DNA of 64,000 nt, taken from assembly GCA_964016885.1 (NCBI GenBank), contig OZ024741.1, positions 365,056,001-365,120,000 on the forward strand, given 5' to 3'. The notes under the pieces are model-generated. The model saw only the letters and a program-made list of their open reading frames with translations, was not told the origin of the DNA and ran no database searches. Each line of letters starts with the position of its first letter. Position 1 is the stretch's first letter. The position numbers and the translations under genes are program-made. Shown here piece after piece: positions 41,622 to 56,901 of this stretch. The DNA comes from Eledone cirrhosa (Eukaryota).

Positions 41622-41722
41622 GCGTTATATATATATATTTATATATACGTGTGTGTGATGTGTGTGTGTCGAGGACATATCGGTCCTTTCGATGACTTCG
41701 TTTCAATATTATATGTATACAG

Positions 41723-41827
<105 letters not shown>

Positions 41828-42090
41828 GAAAATAGAGAAGTTAATGTAAGCAAAAAGCCAACAATAATTCAGACATATAAGTGACTATAACATCAAGACG
41901 AAAAATCTTCAACGTAAGATGTGGGATAAGTAATAGCATTTTAATTCAAAACAAGTCAAGAAGAAAAACTTTATCCTCAGACTTTGTGTAAGTTGGGGAA
42001 AAAAGCAGTACAATCTTAACTCAAAATAAAATCAAGAAAAAATACTTAACCGTCAATTTGGGGAAAACTATAAATGCACTGTATAGTCTT

Positions 42091-42153
42091 AAAAGACTAT
42101 TTCACGAAACTTTTCAGTGGGGTTAGTCACGGTTGGCGTCGATCTTCAGTAGT
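42091..42153 (-). ncRNA. Degenerate hammerhead-like fold in a (TA)n-embedded element (41825-42225)
   Basis: CTGAAGA-t-cga...tcg-t-GAAAT-a-GTC; helix I poor. Confidence 0.35.
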
Positions 42154-42224
42154 GCTCAACACATTAACTAAAATTCACTGGTAAAATGCTGGAGGGGAAT
42201 AAAAAGCGGGCAAGCGAACAGCGT

Positions 42225-42825
<601 letters not shown>

Positions 42826-42826
42826 C

Positions 42827-42864
<38 letters not shown>

Positions 42865-42867
<3 letters not shown>

Positions 42868-44838
42868 GGAACATAGTATAAAGCATAAGTTTTACTGAGA
42901 GACAGTGTAGGAATAAGAACATAACATACATAGGTGAAACAGACCGTAGCATAGGAGAACGGATAAATTAACATTGGTGAGATGAGAACTCCAGGATGGG
43001 ATAAACTCATCAGATCTCCACCAACATGCCAAATTAGAACATCGGGGCACATTAGAGAACATAGAGATACAAATTATATGGTACGATGGATGAAAGAAGC
43101 GTTGTCTATGAATTTGTAAATGGTGAACATTTTAAAATTCGGATGTTGGTTAGGTGCACAATTGGCGATATGTTCACTAAACGGAATCTTCCTGTATTCC
43201 TGTATTTTGATTTGTGATTTATGGACGGACATACGTTGTCGGAGGCTTTTTTTTGTCTGTCCTATGTAGTGCTCTTGACAACCTGAGCAGGTCAACATAT
43301 AGATTAGGTTTTCAGATGCACATGTAAAGTTGTGTTTAACTGTGAAATGTTGCCCTTGTTTAAAATGGAATGTTGAACCTTCTATTAGATTTATGCATAT
43401 GCCACAGTTGGGCCTTCCGCATGTTTTTACTGTAGGGTTCATTGTGAGGGTTGGTTGGATTTTGGCTTGCGTGAGGATGTTTTTTTATGGATTTAGGTTG
43501 TCTTTTGCTCTTTATGATGTGTGTTTGGAGGATTTTGTTCATTCTTGGGTCTCTTTTTAGTAAAGGAATGTTCTGGAGGATGTGGTCGAATGCCTCATTG
43601 TTGATGGGGTTGTGTGTGAAGATGTATGTTAGAGTGTTCTGTTGTGGTTCATTCATGAGTTTGGGGTGTCTGAGTTCCTGGATGTTGAGTTTTAGGTCAC
43701 GTTGGAATCCATTGTTGATTAGGGATGGTGGGTAGTTTCTGCTGACAAGTGTGTTCTTTAATTCTTCTAGTCGTGTGTAGCAAGTGTATTTATCTGAAAC
43801 TATTGTGCAGATCCTTCTGGCTAGGTTATAAGGAATTGCCATTTTGGTATGGCGAGGGTGGCATGAGTTGAATGGAAGATATAGTTTGGTGACTGTGGGT
43901 TTGTAGTATATGTCTGTTTCTATTTTGTTGTTTGTTTTCTTGATGAGGATGTCGAGGAAAGAGAGTTTTTCATGGCTGTAATCCATTGTACCAAAACCAA
44001 ATCCCTATGTTTCTCAAAAGAGTTACCTCCCTCATACCCTACCTACTTTAAAGCTTTCCCCATTTAGAAATTTATAGATAACGCTTTTTTCATCCATCGT
44101 TCTAATAAGGAAATGTATTTCAATAATTAAATTCCAACCTCTACTTAATGCACTAAACTTCGGACTAAACTAAAACTGGAACGAACAATGAACCAAAACC
44201 AAATCCCTATGTTTCTCTAAAGAGTTACCTACATCACATCCAACCTAATCCTTTTTTTTAAATATAAATTGTATACTCTCTCTCACCTACTTGACCACCC
44301 TGAATTACCCCCGCCCCCTGCATATTAATTCTCTAAAAAGAGAAATCATATCAAACCCCAGCCTACCATTTGCCTCCATCATGGATCAACTAAGCACTCT
44401 TGCCATAATAACACATTTTGAACTGCTTATCTTCAAGAACTATGCCTGTCAATAATATTATTTTTTATTTCCCATTACCCTATTATGCTCCACATTACCC
44501 CCTTTTTTTCTTTTTTCTTTTCACTTCAAAAACCTTGTTTGTAAATAACATTATTCTTTCTTCACCATTTCCTTAACATGTTCAACATCACCATTTTACA
44601 CCATTACATATTCCCCCCTTTTGATAATGCATAAAATGCTGAAACCGGTAATAGACAATTATTAAATATATAAATAAATAAATGCCATTGTTAATTAATA
44701 AATAAATTAACTAATACCTCAACACTTCACACAAAGTAAAATATTTTGTTTTAAACATTTTCTAACCCAGAAAAAAGATAAAAAAATAAAAAGGCAAAAA
44801 AATACTTTTCTTCCTAATAATCGTCTTTTTCTCCCTAT

Positions 44839-44842
<4 letters not shown>
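42865..44842. mobile_element. Penelope (Poseidon-like) element with inversion: coding part on minus, 3' end on plus
   Basis: LSFLDI..TDIYYKPT..SCHP..IPYNLARRI (43360-43986); CGRPNCGIC..NLIYMLTC..YIGQT..RMSVH (43074-43442); plus strand 44060-44160 repeats the C-terminus; TTGATAA-tgca-taaaa-tgct-GAAAC-cg-GTA at 44621-44650. Confidence 0.9.
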
Positions 44843-44899
<57 letters not shown>

Positions 44900-44953
44900 A
44901 ACTCGTGTGCCCTTCTCCACATTTTATATATATATATATATATATATTATATA

Positions 44954-46017
44954 CTAGCATTGTTACCCGGCGTTGCACGAGATAAGGTATTTTGGAACGC
45001 GGGCCGCCAACGACCCTAATCGTGGAAAAACTGCATGCCTGGACAATATGTAAAGAAAATAAACCGAATCCTCTGATGGCTGGATAATCTTTAAGATTTT
45101 CCTCGATGAAGCAGGAAAAATGCAAGTTTTCACCTAGGGGATCAAGAAAATAAATTTTTGTTATGTGCATAATATGCCTTGAAATTTCAGGAAAATCGGC
45201 TAGACGTAACGCCTCCAAAAAGCCCTAAAAATCTGAAAAAATGAAGTATTTCACCTAATGCGGGCCCTAGGCCATAAACAAGTTGGATTTTCTTTGCTCA
45301 CGGTATGAAGAAGAGACTAACTAATACATAGTTACAATTTCAAGGAAATCGGTCCGAGATAACGCCTAAAAAAACCTTAAAAAGCTTAAAAAACGCAGTT
45401 TTTCACCTAATGCGGAGGCTAGGAGATCAACAAGTTGAATTTCTTAGGTGTATAACACTCCCTGAAACATAAATAATACACATGTAAAGTTTGAAAAAAA
45501 TCGGTTGGGTACTTCTCGAGTTTTAGGGATTCAAACTCACACACACAGACAGACATACTCAGGGAAGTGACGTAATGCAGACAGCCAGACATACAGACAG
45601 ACAGATATTATAAGGGTGTGACGTTATATGTATGTATCTATCTAAAAAGAGAAAGACTAAGAATTATAGAGAGAGATCGCTAAATCACATAATGCGGTCC
45701 CTAGGGCATTGAAAATTTGAAATTTTTCTTGCGCAGAACACACCCTGAAACTGGCAGTATCGGTAGAGGGTCGGACGCCATGCTTTCCAGCAGAGTTACG
45801 TCCCTTTACGATCTGAGTTCAAATCCCGCCGAGGTTGACTTTGCCTTTCATCCTTACGGGGTCGATAAAATAAAGTACCAGTAATGCACTGGGTAATTTG
45901 CTGGCCTTGTGCCAAATGTAGAAACAATTATATGTGTAAAGTTTGAAAACAGTCGGTTGGGTGCTTCTCTAGTTTTAGGGATTCAAACTCACACACACAC
46001 GGAGAGAGACATCCTCA

Positions 46018-46022
<5 letters not shown>
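44954..46022 (-). mobile_element. Non-autonomous Helitron with internal ~130-150 bp subrepeats and a nested SINE (45751-45930)
   Basis: CTAG plus CCCGGCGTTGCACG hairpin in a TA run; repeated TTTCACCTAATGCGG, AAATCGG and TAGGGATTCAAACTCACAC units. Confidence 0.7.
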
Positions 46023-46060
<38 letters not shown>

Positions 46061-46076
46061 ACGCATGCACACACAC

Positions 46077-46178
<102 letters not shown>

Positions 46179-46179
46179 T

Positions 46180-46228
<49 letters not shown>

Positions 46229-46382
46229 AAAATATACAGTCACTAAGAGTTCACTACAGCTGCAATTTCGCATTTTCATTTTTACTTCCAAAATTACATT
46301 CGTAGTGTTCTTGGAAAAAATCTTCAGGTGAATTTTAACATTTCTATATCATTTTGGTTGAATACGTCTAGGTAATATTATT

Positions 46383-46525
46383 AGGGTCGGACGCCATGCT
46401 TTACGGCCTGAGTTCAAATCCCGTCGAGGTTAACTTTGCCTTTCATCCTTAAGGGGTCGATAAAATAAAGTACCAGTAATGTACTGAGTAATTTGCTGGC
46501 CTTGTGCCAAAAGTAGAAACAATTA
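46383..46525 (+). mobile_element. OK-like SINE, internally deleted
   Basis: B box and core. Confidence 0.8.
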
Positions 46526-46679
46526 TTATAGTTACAGTATTTTATAATTTGTTATTTCTACTTCTTAGATAGGTCATAGGAAAATAACGTATTAAATATT
46601 TTAAGTTTAATAGAATTACAGAATACATCGCTTTACCATAAATGAAACTAACTCAAATTGAAACACTATCACTGTCCAT

Positions 46680-47500
46680 TCAGAACGGATTTAAAATTTT
46701 CAATACAATTTCTCTCTTTAACCCTTCGTTTAAATTTACTTGAGGTAGGGCATTATAAAATTGGAATATAAAAATAAATATTGAATCATATTTCAAAATT
46801 TCGTATAAGTGGGCTCTGATCTGTTGCCGGTGTACTCATATGCGTCCATATGAGTTTTCTGTCTGACCAATGTACATTAATTCGGGCATTTGATACGTTA
46901 AATAAGATTTCTGGTTTTAGATTTCGTATTTCCCCAGCATGCATAAATTGACATGCACTACAACGATTGTTATTACATGTGAAAGAATTAATTGTTGTTG
47001 TTTAAATCAAATGTTGTACTTGTTAAAGATTGTTTCAAGTTCTGTATAAGTAAGAAGATCCATTAGTTTATTACTTTGTCTGATGATAGTTATGTTGGAC
47101 TTAGCCACCTTAAAAACATTTTGATAATATGGTTTCTGTTTCGTTACTAAAGGTCGTATCTCTCGGTCTTACCTTCCTCCTTGTTGGGTTTCTCAGTGTT
47201 GCCCTATATTATTTTCTATTAGAAGGGTGAGTACTTTTGTTTTAGTAGAAATCCTTCGAATATATTATTCTCTAGAATTTTTACAATCAACAGCAGTACA
47301 ATGTTTCCTGGATAGACAGTATAGAATGTTTCGTTTATTATGTGTTGATGGCATGATATGAAATTCAGGTACTGGTGTATGTTTGTGTTTTTATTAGCTG
47401 CCATTTTCGATATTTCATCCAAACTTTGATAATTAAAAATTTGATTGTTTACACAGGTAACAGGAATATTCATTCTAAATTTAGTCATAGAAAGTTCCCT
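46680..47500 (-). pseudogene. Highly decayed Penelope GIY-YIG remnant
   Basis: Minus strand MYIGQT...VHRQQIR near 46815-46880; YLNFISCHQHIINETF resembles TLTYIFTHNPINNEAF of the 43360 ORF. Confidence 0.55.
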
Positions 47501-48239
47501 GCTTGGTTTTGTTTCCTCCTCTGGTTCTCCTATTATGTAGCTGAAAAATGTGAAAAATATGGATTAAAGGCATCTTAAAAGAAGAAAAATCTAGACACTC
47601 GGGTAAAAAAACGCTTCTCGATGATTATGCGCAAAATTAGGGTAAGGACACTTCACTACCATGTGGTGTAAAGGATCTCCTATTTCAAATTAGAAGCAAC
47701 AAAACGTGTCATCAATAACCATTCCTCGACAAGTATGCTACAAACTAAGTTAAGATCTTTGCTCTATCACAAAATATAAGTAAGCCTCTTAGTTAACACA
47801 ACAAACACTAAAACCAAAATAAAAATATAAAAAAAACATTACGTCGATAAAATGTGGATTGGCATGCTAGAGAAAGAAATGACTTGGTCATTTTCAAGAT
47901 CTAGACAAGAACAGGTTGAAGGGCCACTTCAGAAATAAACTTAGATGATTTGCAAGGGCAAATATAACATTTTTCTTAGTTACTAACTGAAAATTAACAC
48001 CTCAAATTATAAAATATAATAATACCTAATAGATTATCTCACTTGAATTACACTAATATACTAATGCTACTGAGGTATCGTCGGTAGATTATTATAATAG
48101 TCATCACGATAGCGTGCCATGTTAGTATTGAGCTGAAGAATATCCCAGACGACACGGTGGTGCTGGTGGAAATAAGAATTTAAAAGTGAAAATCGAGCTG
48201 TGTTGAAATTTAATTGACTAATATACATATATATTGACA

Positions 48240-50470
48240 TTCTTAGCCAACACACTATTCCCACACAAGACCTCAGGTAGAACAACGTGACATGCACGCA
48301 ATGGCAGAACTCATGACCAAATTGACTTCATCTCACGTCAAAAGTTCAAGTCCAGTATCAAGAAGGTCAGGAATAAGACCTTCCCTGTTGCAGATGTCAA
48401 CAGCGATCATGATTTGGTTCTGATAACATGAAGGGCTTAAACTGAAAAAGATCCATAGAAACGGAGCCAGAAATATCAGGTTTGATATAGACAAACTAAA
48501 ATATCCTGGGGTTGCAGCAATATTTGACGCGAATATAGGTGGCAGATTTGCAGCCCTCAATCGTCACGAAGATAGTATTAACTCCTTAACCGACACAAAG
48601 GAAGCACTTTTAAATGCTAGGGAAAGAGACCTGGACTTACTTTGACCACGAGGAAAGACAACAATACAAGGTTATTAATAGGAAGGTCAGAAAGAAAATA
48701 CGAGAAGCCAAAGATAAGTCGGTATCAGACCAGAGCAAAAGCATCGAAGCTGGAAAAAAAAAGGCAACAGCAAGTCTGTTTATGAAACCCTCAAAATGTT
48801 AATAAAAAGAAGGCAACACACCACCACTGCCATTGAGGACAAAACTGATTTGCTCCCCATATACGAGGCCGATGTCATTAAAAGATGGTCTGGGTATTGT
48901 GAAGACCTTTATAACCATAAACTAAGACATAACATCAATATCCTGGACAATTTCCCAAATAAGAAAAACAAAAAAATGAAGGATACTCCAATTGTGCAGG
49001 AGGAAGTAGAAGAGGCGGTGCACATGCCCAGAGATGGCAAATCCCCATTAGTCTATAACATTCCATCAGATTTCCTAAAACATGGAGAGCCAAAACTTAT
49101 TAAGGCACTGACAGTCCTCTGTCAGAAATATGGGAAACAAAGAAGTGGCCACAGAAGTGAACCCAATCAAAAAGGAAACTTAAGATTCTGCCAGAACTAA
49201 TTAGTCATCCCAGTAAAGAACTGATAAGAGTTCTTATAAAAGACTTAAGGGAAAGGCAGAATAAATCCTGACATAAGAACAGGCAGGGTTCAGGCCCCCC
49301 AAAAGTACAACAGAGCAGATATTTAACTGACTGCTCACTGAGAAACACATATAGCACTAATCTGACTTTTACCATAACTTCATTGACTTTAAAATAAGCA
49401 TTTGAACGTGTTTGACATGAGGGTTTATGGAAGGTGATGAAGAATTACGAAGTTGACATCAACTTTTTCAAGTAATTAAGCAACTGTATGACAATTAAAA
49501 TAGTGTAATTCTCCGGAATAACAACATCAGAAAATTACCCATGACAAATGTATGAGTTCGACAAGGCTTTCTGCTTTCTTCAGTGTTTTTCAACATATTC
49601 TTGGAAAACAACATGCAAGAGAGATTCCAAAACCTCCACACTAATGTTTTCATTGGAAGATGGCCTATTTCCAGCCTGCGATTAGTTGGTGATATTGATT
49701 CGTTAGAAAGCAGTGAATCAGAACTCCAGGAGATCACTACCAGATTGGAAAATGTTTTAGGAGCATACGGAATGGAGTCAGCTCAGAAAAGAGCAAGATT
49801 CGGTTTTATAGCAATAATTAGAATATAGCAGCAACATCTTACTGAACGGAGGAATGCTTGAAGAAGTGGACACATTCAAGTACCTAGGATCCACTCTGAC
49901 CAAAAACGGCAGATCTCAAAAGGGTATCCTGATAAAACTTGCTCTGGACCTTTCTGCTATGGTAAAGCAGAATGTCATATGGAAAACCAGATCCATCAGT
50001 TTCCAATGAAGCTCAAACTAAGGCATGCCCTTGTTGGCATCAATCCTTTTCTACAGGGTGAGAGTTGGATCCTCACAGCTGACATGGAACGAAGAATCCA
50101 GTCATTCGAGCAAAATTGCTTCAGAAGGTTGCTACACACCCTGTGCACAAAATAAACATCCTTGTTGGGCAGTAACAACGATGCTGGCAGACAGAAAACA
50201 CTCTTTGCAATGGTGAAAAGATGGAAACTTGCCTGATATGGTCATCTATCCCGCTACAACTCCTTGTATAAAACTATCCTTTACGGCACAGTCGATGGAG
50301 GCCAAAGAAGAGGCAGAGAAAGAAAATCGTGTTCCGACAACATCAAAGACTGGATTGGTCACAAAAACCGAGTACCTTCTACACATGAAGAATATAAACC
50401 AGTGGTGACGGACGAATGCGAAAGTGTATAGAGTGGCACCCCAACGATTAGTAACACTAGTTGCGGGAAC
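48240..50470 (+). mobile_element. Decayed RTE-clade LINE (APE C-terminus plus RT)
   Basis: TFP.ADVNSDHDLV, RWSGYCEDLY, EQAGFR..STTEQIF, VRQG.LLS..FFNIFLE, FKYLGS; many stops and frameshifts. Confidence 0.9.
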
Positions 50471-50482
50471 GCACACACACAC

Positions 50483-50537
<55 letters not shown>

Positions 50538-50662
50538 TAGGAAAAGAGTCAGGACCCTGACGGGTTTTGACTCTTTTCTTATTACCTACTCTACTACCCT
50601 AAGTGTCGACTACTCGGGTGCGTTATGGTCCATCTGGTATCTTACCACACCCTCTTTGTTAC
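50538..50662 (+). mobile_element. Family C element, truncated copy
   Basis: Short hairpin plus family tail GGTGCGTTATGGTCCATCTGG. Confidence 0.75.
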
Positions 50663-50862
50663 TTAGATAGATATATATATACAAAGCTAGTGAGAGAGAG
50701 AAAAATATGAATGTATTTGTATTTATGTATAAAAGCTTATATATTTATATATGTGTATATGTACATAGGTATAACTATATACATGCCTACACAGTTGCAT
50801 ACACATTCGTGTATGTATGTATGTATGTATGTATGTATGTATGTATGTATGTATGTATGTAT

Positions 50863-51470
50863 GTCAGGTCACCAGTTGGTGCTACTGGTAACATGTATCC
50901 CAGTACAACCTGTCCCATGGTCGGGTCGTTGGCGACTAAACTGGCAACCCCACCAAGGTTTCTTGGTGAGGAGGGTGACTTTGGACATCCTGCAGGACTA
51001 AAAACAAAACCTGTCAAAGGGCAAAGGAGCTCTTAAGAGTCAATGGCCATCCAAAATCACCGGGAGAGATGACCCCTTAGCCTTTGTCAAGGCAGAATTC
51101 TAGGAGAAGGAAAACTCTGATATAACACCTGCAACCCTGATGGTATCCAATGATGTTGACTTGTTCTTCTTTTTGGTAAATATCATCTTGGTTAAGAGAG
51201 TGGGACTGGCTTTGTGCAGTGCCTTTGCTCACTATAAAAGCTTCACGGCACAGGCATTGCTTTATATCTGGAGATCTCTCTGCACTTCTCGTCACATGGT
51301 ACCATGGGCCCAGCACTATGTGTCAGTAATTGTCACAAGTGTAGTGTTTGTACCAGAGTTTTCAAATCGCTGGCTGGACTAAAAAGTCACACTCGTTCAG
51401 CGCATCGGTAGGGGTTCTCCTACATGGATATAAAGTAGTGGCCGTACTCGAAAACGAGTTGGCAGCCACC
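50863..51470 (+). mobile_element. (TATG)n-embedded ~610-bp non-coding element, subfamily 1
   Basis: Reverse complement of 13913-14520. Confidence 0.85.
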
Positions 51471-51559
51471 ATGTATGTATGTATGTATGTATGTATGTAT
51501 GTATGTATGTATGTATGTAGGTATGCATGCATGTATGTATGTGTATATATATATATATA

Positions 51560-51878
51560 TATTGTTATACTTTGGGAGGGTCATGTTGCCAATAAGAAAC
51601 ACACGCACCTGTTGCTTTCACTTCAATTTATTATAATAAATTTATAAATTTAGGAATTTATCATTTTCCGGTTGGTTGGTTCCACAACCAGATGATTGTT
51701 TATATATTGTCAAAGTTCTTTCATCACACATTCTGTGACCTCTTCAATGACTGGGGATTCTTTTCTTTGTTTTTGTGTGTGTTTCTTATTGGCAACATGA
51801 CCCTCCCAAAGTATAACAATATCGGTTTCAACACACGTTTTCAGATAAAGAATCTTGCTAAACAAATTCAGAAACGAA
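51560..51878 (+). mobile_element. Foldback-plus-tail element in (TA)n; no intact hammerhead seen
   Basis: Arms 51560-51605/51776-51821; tail to 51878; arm start TATTGTTATACTTTGGG also at 19424. Confidence 0.7.
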
Positions 51879-51995
<117 letters not shown>

Positions 51996-52378
51996 TTTTG
52001 AGGAAATGGAAATATCAATACACTGCTTTATATATTTCCTCAAATATTGATTTTTCAGGACTATAAATATTCTATTTTTAACCTCACCTAAAGACATTAG
52101 GAAATATAAAGATAAATTATTTATATCAAACTAGAGCATTGGTGTGTTGTCACTTCGATTTATTAAAGAAAATATAGTAAATATAGCTTATATATACATA
52201 TATGTACATATTAATACCGAAATCCATAACTGAAAGAATGAATGCATGTAAGCATATAGATAAAATGACACTTAAGTAAAGCAAGTGTATGCATGAAAAT
52301 GACCATTTATGCATATGCATATGTGTATATCTTTATCTTTATCTTTTTCTATATCTACTATCTATCTCTCTCTCTCTC

Positions 52379-52460
<82 letters not shown>

Positions 52461-52582
52461 GTAATTGTTTCTACTTTTGGCACAAGGCCAGCAAATCACC
52501 AGTACATTACTGGTACTTTATTTTATCGACCTCGTAATTTATCTTTATAAAACCTTACATTCTTACACACACACACACACAG

Positions 52583-52616
<34 letters not shown>

Positions 52617-53479
52617 ACACACACAGACAAAGACACACACACACACACATATATATATATGTGTGTGTGTGTGTGTGCTATATATATATATAGCAAAGGT
52701 AAAAATACATATACAAATGTATGTACATATACAGATGTATGTAGAAAATTATATGTGATAGTATATAACTGCCAAGTAGTTTCAGAATTAGCTCGATTTG
52801 TTTATATATCATTGGTTTGAAGAAATGGTAGTTGTTTTAGGTCGATAAAAAAGAACCAGTCTAGTACGTGGGTAGATTCTTCCTCTATACCTCTTTCACA
52901 TTTCCATTCTCTTACTCTTTATCTCTCTATGAAAGAAATCTGCTATATTCAGACCAGGAAAGGAAATAGGCATAACCAGGTTTTAAAATAACCTAGAAAC
53001 GCTAGATGTCAATATGGCTCCCCTACGACTTCCCTACGGAGCCATGCATGCCTCCTTTAATGCCTTAATATAAAGTATTTTCGACATGGAAATAGGATAT
53101 ATCTCACCTCACAATTCTTCACAACGCTTTGTAAGCTTAATATTACTTTGTATAAGTTTGGATGTTGTATCTCATATAGTAAACTATTTTAAAGCTTTCT
53201 TCATGGACATTCTCAATCCTTCACACAATACGGCTATCAAGAACTCCATGCACGTTAGTTATATATATATACACACTATCAGAATAATTTGGTTTCTGGA
53301 ATCGAAGCTATTATTGTTGCAGCCTTCCTTCTTATAATTGTTTCTACTTTAGGTACAAGGCCAGCAATTACCCAGTGCATTACTGGTACTTTATTTTATC
53401 GATCCCGTAAGGATGAAAGGCAAAGTCAACCTCAGCGGGAATGAAATGCTTTGTAATGTTATTAACTCATATGATATTA

Positions 53480-54980
53480 ACTCATACGCTACTTGGAATA
53501 AAATACTACAACAAGAAGTAAGTATTCTTTTCCATTCAGAGAGATTATCCATCAACTTTGGGGTAAGCTTGTTTTATTGACTAGCTTGCTGAATTCAGAT
53601 TTTGATTGTGTTAACTTCTTTGCCACATTAACAGTCAGGCATAGAATTTCTGCATACTTCAACCATGGATCCCGATAGTACCTTCTGGTTTAGTTTGGGA
53701 AACAATAATTTATTTGTGTATGTTGTATATTCTGCTCAACATACATGTCCGATACACTTGCAGTGTTGTGCAGAGTTGAAGATTTGTAAAGGAGGCGTAT
53801 TGCACAATATTTTATGTAACTGTGTACAAAATTGTATTGTTCTTCATCACGATTGACTTTGCTTAAATTCAATTTAACCATGATATTTTGAAATTGGATT
53901 GAACACGCCTCCATTTCTTGTATTTCAATTTATTTTTGAAGCCAAGATTGTACCTCATATGTCAGTCGGGATTCACACATTCTTCAATTAACTTTCTTCT
54001 TGTATTCATATTAACGTTGTTGTCGGTTAATACTGTTGTCAGTTCATTAAACTCAGCTGTTATTTTTTATATTTGCAGCTCTAATGAAATTGCTTTGGGA
54101 TTACAAGAAATCATCTGTCCACATACATTTATTCTTTCACATTCTCTATCGCATTTTCGTCTATGCTGAAAAGTGACTCCTTCTTTGCTAACTCACTGTT
54201 GTTGAACACCTCAGTTTTCCTCTCCTTGAATGATATTGTTAGCCCAAAGTATGTGTTGTTAATGATATTGAGCAATTTCTCGGCTTCATATGCTGTGCTA
54301 CAGAACAGTATTACATCACCAGCGAACAGTATCAATTCTCCGTAAAAGTCTATTGTTTATCTGTTCTGTATTTGAACATATATGTGGTTTATTGTATTCA
54401 AACTGAATTCTCCAACTTTCAGGGGACGTTTCATCAATAGCATGTGCTACAACATTCAGTAGATAATCAAAGTAATAATTGAAAAACAAGGGGATTCCTG
54501 TTCGGCTTGTCTCCAACCAACAAATATATCAATCGTAGCCTTCGTACGACTGATAGAAGCTGTGGCACCTTCATACAGCTTCTGCAAGATTGCAATCAAA
54601 TGTTTAGCTTCTGTTCACACTGAGAGCACTTTCAAGAGAATATTTCTTGGAACACGGTTATATGCTGCAGTCAAATCAATGTATATATCCCAATTAATGT
54701 ATCCTTCAATAACATTCTTAATGTATTTCTCAATAACATTCTTAACAACAAATATACCATCAGCAATGGGGGTATTTTGGCGAAACCCATTTTGAGCATC
54801 GACTGTTTCTTTCATATGATTTCTTCGGTCTTCCAATTACAATATTAGCTAGAATCTTGCTCATATTAGCTCTAAAGGATAGGCCTCAACAGTTAGATGC
54901 TAAGTTTCTTATTTCTTTCTTGAACAGAAATGTGATATTTGCATATCACTATTCATGTGGTACAACTGTTAAATTCCATC
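53480..54980 (-). mobile_element. Decayed RTE-like LINE RT
   Basis: QNGFRQN..DGIF, IDLTAAYNRVPR, LFFNYYFDY, ILFAGDVILF. Confidence 0.8.
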
Positions 54981-55495
54981 TCAATGTGAGGAGCACATAT
55001 ACACATTATACACAATTGTGAACAATATTTCGTGATGTATGTCCCCGAAGACTGCGAAAAGTGGACAGCGTTACTTGTGGGAGTCGAACGTACACCGGAA
55101 GTATACCGTATGGCTATTCTACCAATGCACCATCGTGAGGTTGATCCCTTCTTTCCACTTTTAAGCTTTGTTTATCAGTCAGAAATATAAATAAACAATC
55201 TATATTTAGAACCGGTTATCGGGTTACGCATTTTAAAATTTAGCTTAAAGTTAACAGCTTGATGAACGTACGTTTTGAGCCCATGAAGACGGAAAAGATT
55301 AACAGTCTTATCAATAGGCTAAACATGTAAATATACAATCTATTTTTTGAAGTGATGATGATGGTGATGATGTTATAAACGTTCTTACGTCTTGAAACCA
55401 ATGGCAATGCAGAGATAATTCAAACTGAATAAAATACTCTCAAGTCTCACATTATATACCAATTCCTGTTTCTTTCGTTTCAACACACACCAGCA

Positions 55496-55559
<64 letters not shown>

Positions 55560-55562
<3 letters not shown>

Positions 55563-55839
55563 GCATAGTGGTAGCTATGGTGCTTCCGTAGGCGGTATGC
55601 CAAAATTAGCACTCGATATTCATCAGGGTAGAGTGTAGATATTATAAAGAAAACGAAAAATCAGTGATGCATCTCGACTTAGTTTATTTGCTCCGGACAT
55701 AACACCCGTGTCTGAAAGAACCTGCAGAAGTAGAATCAGCCAGATCCATACAAGGACCATGACTCGAGCTACATGCCGGCGAAACATTTGTAACACGAAA
55801 TAAACTAAGTCCAGATGCATCACTGATTTTTCGTTTTCT

Positions 55840-55846
<7 letters not shown>
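55560..55846. mobile_element. Foldback-plus-tail element in (TA)n with a hammerhead at 55707-55797 (plus)
   Basis: Arms ~55641-55689/55798-55845; cgtgt-CTGAAAGA-acc-tgca..gtag...ctac-atgc-cggc-GAAAC-attt-GTA-acacg. Confidence 0.75.
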
Positions 55847-55870
<24 letters not shown>

Positions 55871-56275
55871 CAATAAAAGGAATTCCAACTTTGTCTGATT
55901 TACTCGTTTTATTTACAATCCTTTAAAATGTAAAATGGTATTTTGAATGAAATAGTATGGTAGAATATTAAATGTTAAGTGTTAATCGAACAAGCACTTT
56001 CATGCTTTCGTAATCTTCAGATTCATATTCTGTGGTGACAGTCAAGTTTGCAATTTTCAACAGTTGAAAATTGCAAACTTGACTGTCACCACAGAATATG
56101 AACCTGAAGATTGCGAAAGCATGAAAGTGCTTGTTCGATTAACACTTAACATTTAATATTCTACCATACTATTTCATTCTAATACCATTATACATTTTAA
56201 AGGATTGTAAATAAAACGAGTAAATCAGACAAAGTTGGAATTCCTTTTATTAATATAATCTTCTATACAAAATCA
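55871..56275 (+). mobile_element. Near-perfect ~380-bp palindrome with two divergent hammerheads (55988-56024 minus, 56100-56136 plus)
   Basis: Centre TTCAAC-A-GTTGAA at ~56062; gaac-CTGAAGA-t-tgc-GAAA-gca-t-GAAAG-tg-CTT-gttc. Confidence 0.85.
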
Positions 56276-56293
56276 TACACACCAGTGTATATT

Positions 56294-56662
<369 letters not shown>

Positions 56663-56803
56663 TATATATATATGTGTGTGTCTGTTTATATACACACATA
56701 TTGCCAGGTGTTTCTGAAGAAATAGATCAAAGAAAAAAAGCGCTGTATGTAATGTACAGAGCTCACCCACGCAGACACACATATAAATATATGTGTGTGT
56801 GTG

Positions 56804-56901
<98 letters not shown>

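Noticed and set aside
45115-45990. Regularly spaced repeats suggesting a CRISPR-like array
   Set aside because: Eukaryotic context, degenerate ~130-150 bp Helitron subrepeats, no unique spacers or cas genes
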